Shown here one piece after another: positions 8,332-18,120 of a stretch of 64,000 nt of DNA. Numbering within the stretch: position 1 is the stretch's first letter; each line of letters starts with the position of its first letter. The notes beneath the pieces are model-generated. The model was not told the DNA's origin, searched no databases, and saw only the letters and a program-made list of their open reading frames with translations. Origin of the DNA: Corallococcus sp. EGB (lineage in GTDB: Bacteria; Myxococcota; Myxococcia; Myxococcales; Myxococcaceae); NCBI RefSeq assembly GCF_019968905.1, contig NZ_CP079946.1:5729356-5793355 (forward strand), in the 5' to 3' direction. The translations under genes and the position numbers were made by a program.

Positions 8332-9918
8332 ATGCCTCATCGGTTTGATTTCCTGGTCATGGGCGGCGGCGTGGCAGGCCTGTCGTTCGCCCTGCAGGCG
8401 GCCCAGCACGGCACGGTCGCCGTGCTCACCAAGCGCGAGCGTGGAGAAGGCAACACCGCCTACGCGCAAGGGGGCATCGCCGGCGTGCTGTCCCCCACGG
8501 ACACGTTCGACGCGCACATCCAGGACACCCTCGTGGCGGGCGCGGGCCTGTGCCACCGCGACGCGGTGGAGGTGACGGTGCGGGAGGGGCCCGCGCGCCT
8601 CAAGGAGCTGGTGGCGCTGGGCGCGGCGTTCGATCAGCGCGGCGGCGAGTTCGACCTCACGCGCGAGGGCGGCCACTCGGCCCGGCGCATCATCCACGCA
8701 GGCGACATCACCGGCCGGGAGGTGCAGCGCGCGCTTTTGGCCGCGTGCGACGAGCAGCCCAACATCACCTTCTTCCAGAACGCGGCCGCCATCGACCTCA
8801 TCCTGGACCGGCGTCCGCACGCCGCGTCCGCCAGCCGGTGCCTGGGCGTGTACGCGCTGATGGAGGACGGCTCCATCGAGCGGTTCATCTCCAAGGTGAC
8901 GGTGCTGGCCACGGGCGGCGCGGGCAAGGTGTACCTCTACACCTCCAATCCGGACGTCGCGACGGGCGACGGCGTGGCCATGGCGTACCGCGCGGGCGCG
9001 CGCGTGGCGAACATGGAGTTCTACCAGTTCCACCCCACGTGCCTCTTCCACCCGGAGGCCAAGAGCTTCCTCATCAGCGAGGCGCTGCGCGGCGAGGGAG
9101 GCAAGCTGCGGCTCAAGGGCGGCCAGACGTTCATGGACCGCTACCACCCCATGCGCGACCTGGCCCCGCGCGACGTGGTGGCGCGCGCCATCGACGCGGA
9201 GCTCAAGCGCACGGGCAACGACTGCGTCTACCTGGACATGACGCACCTGGGCCGCGCGTACCTCACGGAGCGCTTCCCCAACATCTACGCCACCTGCAAG
9301 GCCTTCAACATCGACATGGCGGTGCAGCCCATCCCCGTGGTGCCCGCGGCCCACTACCAGTGCGGCGGCGTGGTGACGGACCTGGACGGGCGCACCAACA
9401 TCCCGGGCCTCTACGCCATTGGCGAGGTGTCCTGCACGGGCCTGCACGGCGCCAACCGGCTCGCGTCCAACTCGCTGCTGGAGGGCCTGGTGTTCGGCCA
9501 CCGCGCGGTGCGGGTGGCGGCGGAGGAGCTGTCGTCGCTGTCGCTGCCCAAGGAGGATCCGCCGGCCTGGGACTCGGGCAGCGCGGTGGACTCCGACGAG
9601 AGCGTGGTCGTCACCCACAACTGGGATGAGATCCGCCGGCTCATGTGGAACTACGTGGGCATCGTCCGCACGGACAAGCGGCTGATGCGCGCGCGGCGGC
9701 GGCTGGAGCTGCTGCGCGAGGAGATCCGCGACTACTACTGGCGCTTCAAGGTCACCCGCGACGTCATCGAGCTGCGCAACATCGCGGAGGTGGCGCACCT
9801 CATCGTGGACTGCGCGAGCCGCCGCAAGGAGAGCCGCGGCCTGCACTACACCCTGGACTACCCCCACACGGACGAGCACCAGGGCACGCGCGACACCGTC
9901 CTCTCACGGGAGCTGTGA
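8332..9918 (+). CDS. nadB: L-aspartate oxidase. Start at MPHRFDFLVMGGGVAG, not the track's upstream M
   Basis: FAD-binding GGGVAG, RFISKVTVLATGGAGKVY, HYQCGGV; the track's N-terminal 52 aa overlap the divergent SLT gene. Confidence 0.9.
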   Translation: MPHRFDFLVMGGGVAGLSFALQAAQHGTVAVLTKRERGEGNTAYAQGGIAGVLSPTDTFDAHIQDTLVAGAGLCHRDAVEVTVREGPARLKELVALGAAFDQRGGEFDLTREGGHSARRIIHAGDITGREVQRALLAACDEQPNITFFQNAAAIDLILDRRPHAASASRCLGVYALMEDGSIERFISKVTVLATGGAGKVYLYTSNPDVATGDGVAMAYRAGARVANMEFYQFHPTCLFHPEAKSFLISEALRGEGGKLRLKGGQTFMDRYHPMRDLAPRDVVARAIDAELKRTGNDCVYLDMTHLGRAYLTERFPNIYATCKAFNIDMAVQPIPVVPAAHYQCGGVVTDLDGRTNIPGLYAIGEVSCTGLHGANRLASNSLLEGLVFGHRAVRVAAEELSSLSLPKEDPPAWDSGSAVDSDESVVVTHNWDEIRRLMWNYVGIVRTDKRLMRARRRLELLREEIRDYYWRFKVTRDVIELRNIAEVAHLIVDCASRRKESRGLHYTLDYPHTDEHQGTRDTVLSREL

Positions 9919-9924
9919 GCGACC

Positions 9925-10689
9925 ATGTCCCGTCCGCGCCGCATGCTGGATGACCTCCCCGGCCCCTCCGGGCTGGATGACGCGCGCGGCACCGTGCCGG
10001 GCCCTGGGGATGGAGACGGGCCGCCGCCGGGCCCGCCGCGGCCCCGGCCGAAGCAGCCCACGCCCTACGTCAGCTTCACCATCATCGCGGTCGCGGTGGT
10101 GATGTTCTTCATCAGCCCGTCGCTGGGCCGGCCGCTCATCGTCGGCGGGCTGAACTATGGAATCGTGGGGCCGCTGGCGCTCTACGGGCCGTGGGTCCAG
10201 GCGGGCGAGTACTGGCGCCTGCTGGGCATGGTGTTCGAGCACGGCGGCCCGATGCACCTGCTCTTCAACATGCTCGCCGTGTACTCGCTGGGCGCGTCGC
10301 TGGAGCGCGGCATCGGCAGCGGGCGGTTCCTGGCGCTGTCGCTCGTCACGGCGCTGGGCGGCTCCGCTTTCGCGCTCTTCTTCAACTTCAACACCGTGAC
10401 GGTGGGCGCGTCCGGAATGATCCTGGGCTGGGGCGGCGCGATGCTGCCCATCCTCACCCGGCAGGGCCGCCGGGAGCACATGTTCTGGCTCGTACAGGTG
10501 GCGGTCATCAGCCTGCTGCCCGGGGTGAGCTGGTCCGGTCACCTGGGCGGCTTCCTCTTCGGCCTGCCGTGCGGCATGGCGCTGCGCCAGGGCCCGAAGT
10601 TCTACTCGCGCGCCATCCCCGTCCTGCTGTTCATCGCCGCGGTGCTGGCCGTGGTCGCCGCCCATCCCGGGCGCCTTGGAGGCCTTTGA
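9925..10689 (+). CDS. Rhomboid family intramembrane serine protease
   Basis: GASGMILG (catalytic Ser) and GHLGGFLFG (catalytic His) motifs; multiple TM helices. Confidence 0.8.
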   Translation: MSRPRRMLDDLPGPSGLDDARGTVPGPGDGDGPPPGPPRPRPKQPTPYVSFTIIAVAVVMFFISPSLGRPLIVGGLNYGIVGPLALYGPWVQAGEYWRLLGMVFEHGGPMHLLFNMLAVYSLGASLERGIGSGRFLALSLVTALGGSAFALFFNFNTVTVGASGMILGWGGAMLPILTRQGRREHMFWLVQVAVISLLPGVSWSGHLGGFLFGLPCGMALRQGPKFYSRAIPVLLFIAAVLAVVAAHPGRLGGL

Positions 10690-10691
10690 CG

Positions 10692-11294
10692 ATGGCTGAA
10701 CCTACCGTGCGCAACGTCTGCGTCTTCTGCGGCTCGCGCTCCGGCACCCGCGCCGGGTACCGCGAGGCCGCCACCCAGATGGGGGCCGCGCTGGCGAAGC
10801 GGGGGCTGTCGCTCGTCTACGGCGGCGCGAGCGTGGGGCTGATGGGCGCGGTGGCGGACGCGGTGCTCGCCAACGGCGGCAAGGCCGTGGGCGTGCTGCC
10901 CCACTTCATGGACGCGAAGGAGCTGGCCCACCCGCGCCTGACGGAGCTGCACCGGGTGGACTCCATGCACGCGCGCAAGGCGCTGATGGCCGAGCGCGCG
11001 GACGCCTTCGTCGCCCTGCCCGGCGGCTTCGGCACGCTGGATGAGCTCTTCGAAATCGTCACCTGGGCGCAGCTGGGCCTGCACCGCAAGCCCATGGGCC
11101 TCCTGGACGTGGACGGCTTCTTCCAACCGCTGCTCGCCATGGCCAGCAGGATGGTGGAGGCGGGCTTCGTCCCGGAGACGCAGGGCATGCCCTTCGCGGT
11201 GAATGCCTCGCCGGACGCGCTCCTGGACCGCCTGCTCGCGGGGCCCACGATGCCGCTCACGTCGAAGTGGCTGAAGGACGGCCAGCAGACCTGA
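10692..11294 (+). CDS. LOG-family protein (cytokinin riboside 5'-monophosphate phosphoribohydrolase / TIGR00730). Start at MAEPTVRNVCVF
   Basis: VCVFCGSRSG...GGASVGLMGAVA...ALPGGFGTLDELFE LOG motifs; the track's N-terminal part is an out-of-frame artefact of the rhomboid gene. Confidence 0.85.
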   Translation: MAEPTVRNVCVFCGSRSGTRAGYREAATQMGAALAKRGLSLVYGGASVGLMGAVADAVLANGGKAVGVLPHFMDAKELAHPRLTELHRVDSMHARKALMAERADAFVALPGGFGTLDELFEIVTWAQLGLHRKPMGLLDVDGFFQPLLAMASRMVEAGFVPETQGMPFAVNASPDALLDRLLAGPTMPLTSKWLKDGQQT

Positions 11295-11326
11295 GCAGGC
11301 CCGCGGCCGGCTTCACCCCCGGGGCG

Positions 11327-11956
11327 TCAGCGCGCGTGGACCTTCATCTCCGCGTTCCCCAGGGACGAGGCGACGCGGAGCATCACCTCGTCGGTGCCCT
11401 CGGGGATGACGGGCTGGCCGTTGGTGAATGTCTTCGGGAAGCGCACGCGGTAGCCCACCCAGAAGAGGCTGGCGTACGGGTAGTAGGCGCGCACGTTGAG
11501 GTCCGCTCGGCCCAGGCGGCGGATCTCCAGCGGGGTGACCTCGCCCGCGGGCGTCACCAGCGCGATGCGCCAGATGCTGTTGCGGTGGGCGAAGTCGTCG
11601 TAGCGGTAGTCGTTGACGTGCACCGCGAGGAAGAACTCGTTGAACTTCGCCGCGTCGGCCTGTTCCTCCGCCAGCAGCTGCTCCACCTTCGCGGCGGGCA
11701 GCGTCTGGAAGATGGCGCGACGGTGGATGCGGGCGTCGCGGAAGGCGGGCGTCTGAAACGTGGCCCCCGCGAAGATGCGCGTATCGAAGCCGTCGTAGAT
11801 CTCCTTGCGGTCCGAGTAGCGGTCCAGCACCGAGCGGTACGCGGCCTCCTGCTTCGGATCATCCAGTGTGGGCGCGGGCTCCCCGACGATGGGGGGCGTG
11901 GTGCGGCAGCCGCCCAGCACGCCCAGCAGCACCGCGGCCACCAGCAGCCTTCTCAC
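11327..11956 (-). CDS. Hypothetical lipoprotein
   Basis: Signal peptide with lipobox LLGVLGGC; ordinary composition, high GC3. Confidence 0.6.
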   Translation of the reverse strand: MRRLLVAAVLLGVLGGCRTTPPIVGEPAPTLDDPKQEAAYRSVLDRYSDRKEIYDGFDTRIFAGATFQTPAFRDARIHRRAIFQTLPAAKVEQLLAEEQADAAKFNEFFLAVHVNDYRYDDFAHRNSIWRIALVTPAGEVTPLEIRRLGRADLNVRAYYPYASLFWVGYRVRFPKTFTNGQPVIPEGTDEVMLRVASSLGNAEMKVHAR

Positions 11957-12528
11957 GGGATGAAGTCCTTGCGCGTGAACAGCGTGGTGAGGCGGTGGCC
12001 GGCGGCCTCCACGGCCTCGCGTCCGCCCTCCAGCCGGTCCACCAGCGCGAAGGCGCCCAGCACCGTCAGGCCCTCCAGCTTCGCGCGCTCGATGGCCTTG
12101 AGCGTGGACGCGCCCGTCGTGACGACGTCCTCCACGATGGCCACCGGTGCGCCCGGGCCCAGCGCGGACAGGCCCTCAATCCACTGGCCGGTGCCGTGGC
12201 CCTTGGGCTCCTTGCGCACGATGAACGCGTGCAGGGACTTCTCGCCGCCCCCTTCCAGGAAGCTGGTGAGGCTCACCGCGGACGCGAGCGGATCCGCGCC
12301 CAGCGTCAGGCCACCCGCGGCCACCGCGGAAGGAGCGTCGCGCCGGATGGCCTCCAGGAGCAGCCGGCCGATGAGGTAGTGCCCCTCGGCGAGCAGCGCC
12401 GTGCGCTTGCAGTCGATGTAGAAGTCCGACTCCTTGCCGGAGGAGAGCACCACGCGCCGGCGCTCGAAGGAGCGCTGGGTGAGCACCTCCAGCAGCCGGG
12501 CGCGGTCCCGTTCGAGCGTTTCCGCCAT
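11953..12528 (-). CDS. pyrE: Orotate phosphoribosyltransferase
   Basis: PRPP-binding motif VAIVEDVVTTGAS; type I PRTase fold. Confidence 0.85.
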   Translation of the reverse strand: MAETLERDRARLLEVLTQRSFERRRVVLSSGKESDFYIDCKRTALLAEGHYLIGRLLLEAIRRDAPSAVAAGGLTLGADPLASAVSLTSFLEGGGEKSLHAFIVRKEPKGHGTGQWIEGLSALGPGAPVAIVEDVVTTGASTLKAIERAKLEGLTVLGAFALVDRLEGGREAVEAAGHRLTTLFTRKDFIP

Positions 12529-12531
12529 GGC

Positions 12532-13821
12532 CTACAGACCCTCCAGATACACCACCAGCTGCGCCGAGTACCTCAGCTGCATCAACAGCTCCGCCCTGCG
12601 CGACTCATCCAGCGCGGCGAACACGTCCGCGAGCAGCGAGAGGTCCTGGTTGAGGGCGCCGATGCGCTGCACGACGTCCGCCGCCAGCTCGTCCGCGTCG
12701 ACCTCCTCCTCGACCCCTTCCGGCGCCAGCGTCTCCTCGGTGGCGAGCGCCTTCTCCAGCATGTCGCGCACCGGCGCCGTCAGCCGCCCTTCGGACTCCA
12801 GCGACTCGCGCTTCGCCGCCAGCACGTCGTGCTCCACCGGCGAGGCGTGGATGGCCTCCGCGAGGGACAGGAGGAGCGCGTCCTCGTCGGACAGCTCCTC
12901 GTGCACACGCACCTGGACCTGGTCGCGCTTGAGGAAGCGCAGCGCCGCCACGCGACGGAAGCCGCAGATGAGCTGGTAGCGCTCCTCGCCGCGCGGGCGC
13001 ACGTCCACCGGGAACAGCTGGCCCAGTCGCGCCAGGTCCGTGGCCAGCTCGGACACGTCGCCCTCGTCCCGCAGGCGGAAGGTGGTGTCCTCGTCCAGTC
13101 GCTCCAGCGGCAGCACCATCGCCGTCACCTGTCCCATCACGCGCGGCACGATGGCCTCCGCGTGGGTCTCCCCTTCCGGGGTCGCCGATCCTTCGTTGGA
13201 GCCCTGCCCCGCCACCGTCTCCGCGCCGGAGCCCGCGTCCTCCTGGCTCGCGCGGCTCGCCACGTCCCAGATGCCGGCGCTCAGGAGCGCGGCGTCCGCG
13301 CCCGACACCGGGCCCGAGTGCGGCTCCGCCAGCACGTCCTTCGCCTCGCCGCCTCCGTCGCTGCCCGTGGCGGAGGTGTCCTGGACGCCCTCTCCCGAGG
13401 ACAGCTCCACGTAGCGGCCGGGGCCTGAAGCGGCGTCCGGACCGGGCCCTTCGCCCTGCCCGGCCGCGCCAGAACCTTCTGCTCCACCCTGGAGAGCCTC
13501 GCCCGCACCGTGGACGGCCGCTTCGCCCGGCGTCGCGGGAGGCTCTTCCCCGGAACGGCTCGGGGACGCATCGCCCTCCGTGCGCGCTTCGGGCGCAGCG
13601 GTGGCCTCGGCCCCGCTCGCGGCGCCCTGACTGGCCTCGCCGGGCAGGTCCGTCCGAGCCCCACCGTGAGCGGCGCCTTCCGGCGTGACGTCTCCAACCG
13701 CGCCCTCGCCGTGCTTCGGCGCGGACGCATCCGCCACGCCCTCCTGCGGGGGCGGCGTTGCATTCTCACCCGGTGTGCCCGGCATCCCTTCCTGTCCCTC
13801 GGCCCTATGCTCGGCGTCCAT
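12532..13821 (-). CDS. padC: ParB/Srx-like nuclease-domain adaptor protein (PadC-like) with a long disordered acidic/Gly-rich N-terminus
   Basis: C-terminal ParB N-domain-like [61 protein letters not shown]; lies directly downstream of three bactofilin genes, as in the M. xanthus bacNOP-padC operon. Confidence 0.75.
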   Translation of the reverse strand: MDAEHRAEGQEGMPGTPGENATPPPQEGVADASAPKHGEGAVGDVTPEGAAHGGARTDLPGEASQGAASGAEATAAPEARTEGDASPSRSGEEPPATPGEAAVHGAGEALQGGAEGSGAAGQGEGPGPDAASGPGRYVELSSGEGVQDTSATGSDGGGEAKDVLAEPHSGPVSGADAALLSAGIWDVASRASQEDAGSGAETVAGQGSNEGSATPEGETHAEAIVPRVMGQVTAMVLPLERLDEDTTFRLRDEGDVSELATDLARLGQLFPVDVRPRGEERYQLICGFRRVAALRFLKRDQVQVRVHEELSDEDALLLSLAEAIHASPVEHDVLAAKRESLESEGRLTAPVRDMLEKALATEETLAPEGVEEEVDADELAADVVQRIGALNQDLSLLADVFAALDESRRAELLMQLRYSAQLVVYLEGL

Positions 13822-13882
13822 GGTGGCACCCCCGGTGGTTCCACCCCCGCGCCGCCGGAAACGACGGCGCGGCAGGCGGCAT

Positions 13883-14599
13883 CTAGCGGGACTTCTTCAC
13901 CACGACCTTCTTCTTCGCGCCAGCGCCCATCACGCGGGGAACAGGCGCGCCCGTACTGCTCGCCTGCTCAGTGGACGCCGGACGCGGAGGCTCCGGAGCC
14001 CGGGGCGCGGTCGCCGAGGGCGGCGGCGGGGGCGGCAGCGGCTTGGCGGACGGACGCGCCACGACGGTGGCCGGCGCCGTCGTCGCGGGCGGAGTGCGCG
14101 CGGGCGGCGGGGGCGGCGTCGGGGCGGTGCGCGGCGCGGCGGCCGGCGGCGTCGGAGGACGCGGCGGGGTGGCGCCCGGACGCACCGTGGGGCGCGTCAC
14201 CGCCTGGGGACGTGCCACGGCGGGGCGCTCGGACGGCAGGCGGCCCGGTTCCACGTCGCCCATGTCCACGCGGCCGCGGAAGCTGGCGCCGTCCACGATG
14301 ATGACGCGGGGGGCGCGGATGTCGCCCACCATGCGGCCTTCGCGGGTGAGCTCCACGCTCTCGGTGGCGTTGATGTTGCCCACCACCACGCCGCTGACGA
14401 TGGCGTTCTTCACCGCCACGTTGGCCTTCACCACGCCGGACGGCTCCACGATGAGGGTGCGGCTGAGGGTGAGCTCACCCTCGACGCGCCCGCGGACCGT
14501 GAGGTCCTCGTCACCCGTGAGCCGACCGCTGATGAGGATGGAGGGCCCCACCACGGTGTTGTCGACGGCGTTGCCTGCAAGCTCCTTCGCGGTCGCCAC
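13883..14599 (-). CDS. bacP: Bactofilin with a Pro-rich C-terminal extension and KKKVVVKK tail (BacP-like)
   Basis: Bactofilin DUF583 beta-helical repeats ([10 protein letters not shown]...[11 protein letters not shown]...); long PPPPP tail. Confidence 0.8.
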   Translation of the reverse strand: MATAKELAGNAVDNTVVGPSILISGRLTGDEDLTVRGRVEGELTLSRTLIVEPSGVVKANVAVKNAIVSGVVVGNINATESVELTREGRMVGDIRAPRVIIVDGASFRGRVDMGDVEPGRLPSERPAVARPQAVTRPTVRPGATPPRPPTPPAAAPRTAPTPPPPPARTPPATTAPATVVARPSAKPLPPPPPPSATAPRAPEPPRPASTEQASSTGAPVPRVMGAGAKKKVVVKKSR

Positions 14600-14602
14600 G
14601 GA

Positions 14603-14926
14603 TCAGCGCTCCTTCATGTCCATGTCGACGTTGCCCTTGAAGGAGGCACCGTCGGCGATGAGGATGCGCGGGGCCTTGATGTCGCCCACCACGCGGCAGT
14701 CCGTCTTGAGCTCCACCTTGTCGCTGGCGGCGATGTTGCCCGTCACGCGGCCGGCGATCTCCACGTTCTGCGTCTCGATGTCCGCCTCGACGACGCCCGA
14801 GCCCTCCACGTAGAGGCTCTCCTTGAGGGAGATCTTCCCCTTCACGGTGCCCTGGATGACCAGGTCCTCGTCACCGGAAATCTCCCCGTCGATGACGATG
14901 CTCGAGCCAATGATCGTATTCGCCAT
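14603..14926 (-). CDS. bacO: Bactofilin (BacO-like)
   Basis: Compact 107-aa bactofilin domain: IDGEISGDEDLVIQGTVKGKISLKESLYVEGSGVVEADIE... Confidence 0.8.
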   Translation of the reverse strand: MANTIIGSSIVIDGEISGDEDLVIQGTVKGKISLKESLYVEGSGVVEADIETQNVEIAGRVTGNIAASDKVELKTDCRVVGDIKAPRILIADGASFKGNVDMDMKER

Positions 14927-14989
14927 GAGTGTTGTCCGCCTTCTCGAAGCTGTGCGCCTGGGGGGCCGTGGGTCGGTCCCCGGTGGATG

Positions 14990-15331
14990 CTAGATGTCGT
15001 CCGGCAACTTCACGTCCATCTCGATGGAGCCGTTGAACACGGCGCCGTCCTCGATGATGACCCGCGGGGCCTTGATGTCGCCCGCCACCTTCGCCGAGGC
15101 ATTGATGGCCACGCGCGTGGAGGCGTCGATGTTGCCGCTCGCCTCGCCGTTGATGGTCAGTTCCTCGGCGCGGATGTCCGCCTGCACCTTGCCGGTGCCC
15201 TCGATGGTGAGGTGGTTCTTCAGGGCGATCTGCCCCTCCACGCGCCCCTCGATGACCAGGTCCCCTCCGCCCGTGAGGTTGCCCCTGATGACGATGCCCT
15301 TGCCAATGATGCCCGTTTCACCCTGTGCCAT
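14990..15331 (-). CDS. bacN: Bactofilin (BacN-like)
   Basis: 113-aa bactofilin domain: IRGNLTGGGDLVIEGRVEGQIALKNHLTIEGTGKVQADIRAEELTINGEASGNIDAS. Confidence 0.8.
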   Translation of the reverse strand: MAQGETGIIGKGIVIRGNLTGGGDLVIEGRVEGQIALKNHLTIEGTGKVQADIRAEELTINGEASGNIDASTRVAINASAKVAGDIKAPRVIIEDGAVFNGSIEMDVKLPDDI

Positions 15332-15384
15332 GAGGTGATCCTCGCCAGCGCCTGCTCCGTCGGGAGCGGGGCGACCTGATTATG

Positions 15385-16221
15385 TCAGAGATGCGCGGAG
15401 ATCCAGCCGGAGATGTCCTGGAACACCGTCGCGCGGTCCCGCTCGTTGAGCGGCTCGTGCCGCATGCCGGGGTACTCCTTGAACTTCTTGTCCGCCGTCC
15501 CCGCCGCCTCGAAGAAGGCCCGGGCCGCGGCCGGCAGCGCCACCCCGTCCTCCTGGCCGCACAAGACGAACAGCGGCACTTGAATCTTCGGCGCCAGGGA
15601 GAGCGTCTGCGCCTGGGCGGCCGTGGACTCCACGAACCAGCGGGGCGTGGCGAAGGGCACGTACAACGGGTCCGCCCCGACCGCCTTCTGGATGTCCGGG
15701 TCGGTGCTGAGCATCTCCGGGGCCAGTCCGGAGGGGACCTTCATCCAGGGCACCACGGAGCCCACCATGCGCGCGGCGAGCACCTTCGCGGCCGGCGGGG
15801 TGATGGCCAGCTTGAGGTAGGGCGCGGAGAGGATGGCGCCGGAGAGACCCTCCAGCCGCCCGGCCAGGGCGTGCGCGGCCATCAGGCCGCCGTGGCTGTG
15901 GGCGAGCAGGAAGATCTTCTCCGTGCCCGCGGCCTTGCGCACGCGCTGCCAGAAGGCGTCCAGGTCGTCGAGGAACTCGGTCCACTTGCGGGCATAGGCG
16001 CGCCGTCCGTCCGCGCGGCCGTGGCCGCGGTAGTCGAAGCCGTGCACCGCGAAGCCGTCCTGCACCAGCGCGTCGATGACGGGCCGGTAGCGGCCGATGT
16101 GGTCGCCGTAGCCGTGGACGATGGCGACGTGCGCGCGGGGGGCTGAGTCCGGCAGGTCCAACGTCCAGAACAGCCGGGTGTTGTCCTTGCCGCTGAAGAA
16201 GCCTTCGTCGTGGCGGGCCAT
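15385..16221 (-). CDS. Alpha/beta hydrolase (lysophospholipase/monoacylglycerol-lipase-like)
   Basis: HG box (VHGYGDH), nucleophile elbow AHSHGG, catalytic Asp/His near the C-terminus. Confidence 0.75.
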   Translation of the reverse strand: MARHDEGFFSGKDNTRLFWTLDLPDSAPRAHVAIVHGYGDHIGRYRPVIDALVQDGFAVHGFDYRGHGRADGRRAYARKWTEFLDDLDAFWQRVRKAAGTEKIFLLAHSHGGLMAAHALAGRLEGLSGAILSAPYLKLAITPPAAKVLAARMVGSVVPWMKVPSGLAPEMLSTDPDIQKAVGADPLYVPFATPRWFVESTAAQAQTLSLAPKIQVPLFVLCGQEDGVALPAAARAFFEAAGTADKKFKEYPGMRHEPLNERDRATVFQDISGWISAHL

Positions 16222-16233
16222 GAGGCCTGGACC

Positions 16234-18114
16234 TTAGCGGCCCGGCGCGGTCGAGGGTAGCGCCTTCAACTTGCGCTCCAGGGAGGTGTGCTGGTCCGCG
16301 GGCTCGGCGGCCTCCGGCTCCAGGGTCAGCACCTCGAGTGCGCGTCTCCAGACCCGGGCGGCCTCCGGGGCGCGGCCGGCCTTGAGGTAGGCGTCCCCCA
16401 GGTGCTCCAGGATGGGGGGCTCGTCCGGGGACAGGTCCACCGCGCGCTCCAGGACCTCCACGGCCTTCTTCGCGTCGCCGCGCTGGTAGTGCACCCACCC
16501 CAGCGAGTCCACGTAGGCCGCGCTGTCGGGCCGGAGCGCCAGCGCGCGGCGCACCAGCCGCTCCGCCTCGTCCAGGTCCCGGCCCCGCTGCGCCATCACG
16601 TAACCCATGAAGTTCATCGCCGCGGCGTGGTCCGGCTTCAGCACGAGCACCGCCCGCATGCGCGAGAGCGCCCCGGCCACGTCGCCCTGGCGCTCCAGGA
16701 GGACTCCCAGGGCGAACTGCAGGTCCTGGTTCCTCGGCGCCCCGGCGACGGCGTCCCGCAGCAGCGCGAGCGCGTCCTGCGGCCGGCCCTGGCGCTCCAG
16801 CAGGGAGCCCAGCGCGTCGTACGCCAGCACCCCACCCTCCCCCGTCAACGCCTGGCGAAGCATCGCTTCGGCCTTCGCCGCGTCCCCGCTCCGCTCCAGC
16901 GCCCGGGCATAGGCGACGCGCACCTCCACGTCGTCGGGCGCCTCCGCCATGGCGGCGCCGTAGAGCGCCAGCGCGCGCGGATGGTCTCCGGCCAGCGACA
17001 GGCAGCGGGCCTGGCGGAGGCGTGCGTCCTGGAACACCTCCGAGTCCGAGGGCACGCCCGCGAAGTCCCGGGCGGCGACGGAGAACTGGCGCGTGCGCTC
17101 CGCGACGAGGCCCGCGTAGTACGCCAGCCGGGGCTCGTCCGGCGCGTCCTTGCGCGCGGCGTCCAGCACCTGCTTCGCGGCGTCGGGCGCGCCGGAGGCC
17201 AGGTAGCTGAAGGCCACCCGCACGGCCAGCTCCGGCGACGCGGAGAGCGACAGCAGCCGGTCGAAGTACGCCCGCGCCCGCGTCACCGACCCGCCCTTCA
17301 GCGCGGCGCGACCCGCGGACAGCAGCACCTCGCGGCTGTCCGGATCCGCCTCCAGCGCGCGGGCCAGCGCGTCCTCCGCGTCCTTGGGGCGGCCGGAGTC
17401 CTCGTAGAGCCGGGCCAGCGTGGACCACACCTCCACGTCGCCCGGGTCGCGCTCGGTGGCCTTCACCAGCAGGCGCTCGGCGCGGGCCGCGTCGCCGCGC
17501 TCGGCGAGGACCAGCCCCAGCCGCCGGTAGCCGGACGCCTCCCCCGGCACCGCGTGGGCCAGCGCCTCCACGACCTTCACCGCCTCGTTGGGGTCCTTCG
17601 CGTCCAGGTACAGCTGGGACAGGACGAGGTACGCCTCCGGCTCGCGGGGGCGCAGGGCCACCGCGCGGCGCAGGTGCTGCTTCGCGCGCGCCGTGCGGCC
17701 GGACTCCAGGAGCACGCGTCCCAGGAGCACGTGGGCGGCGTAGTGCGTGGGGGCCCGCTCCACGGCCCGGCGCAGCTCGCGCTCGGCGCGCTCCAGGTCG
17801 CCCAGGCGCGCGTACTCCTCGCCCAGCTGGGTGAGGAGGGTCGGGTTGCCGTCGTCGGTGGCGAGCGCCAGCCGCAGCTCGTCCACCGCGCCCCGGTGGT
17901 TGCCCTCCTGGTGCATCAGCCGCGCCTGGAGGTAGTGCGCGTAGCTGGCGGACGACGCGGACGGCTCGTCGTCGCGGTCGCTGGAGTCCATGGCCTCGCG
18001 CATCGCCTCACGGTCGACGCGCGGGGCCTTCCTCGCGGGCGCGGCCCCCGCGCCTCCGGCGGCCAGCGCCAGGCACAACACGGCGGCACGGCTGAGGAGC
18101 GGGAGCGGACGCAC
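16234..18114 (-). CDS. Secreted tetratricopeptide-repeat protein
   Basis: Signal peptide; more than 12 TPR-like repeats across 626 aa. Confidence 0.75.
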   Translation of the reverse strand: MRPLPLLSRAAVLCLALAAGGAGAAPARKAPRVDREAMREAMDSSDRDDEPSASSASYAHYLQARLMHQEGNHRGAVDELRLALATDDGNPTLLTQLGEEYARLGDLERAERELRRAVERAPTHYAAHVLLGRVLLESGRTARAKQHLRRAVALRPREPEAYLVLSQLYLDAKDPNEAVKVVEALAHAVPGEASGYRRLGLVLAERGDAARAERLLVKATERDPGDVEVWSTLARLYEDSGRPKDAEDALARALEADPDSREVLLSAGRAALKGGSVTRARAYFDRLLSLSASPELAVRVAFSYLASGAPDAAKQVLDAARKDAPDEPRLAYYAGLVAERTRQFSVAARDFAGVPSDSEVFQDARLRQARCLSLAGDHPRALALYGAAMAEAPDDVEVRVAYARALERSGDAAKAEAMLRQALTGEGGVLAYDALGSLLERQGRPQDALALLRDAVAGAPRNQDLQFALGVLLERQGDVAGALSRMRAVLVLKPDHAAAMNFMGYVMAQRGRDLDEAERLVRRALALRPDSAAYVDSLGWVHYQRGDAKKAVEVLERAVDLSPDEPPILEHLGDAYLKAGRAPEAARVWRRALEVLTLEPEAAEPADQHTSLERKLKALPSTAPGR

Positions 18115-18120
18115 GGGAGG

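Noticed and set aside
13685-15379. 564-aa plus-strand ORF antisense to the bactofilin genes, and other ORFs in 13–15 kb
   Set aside because: Antisense artefacts with poly-Arg/Gly composition; the bactofilin and padC genes on the minus strand have motifs and codon bias.
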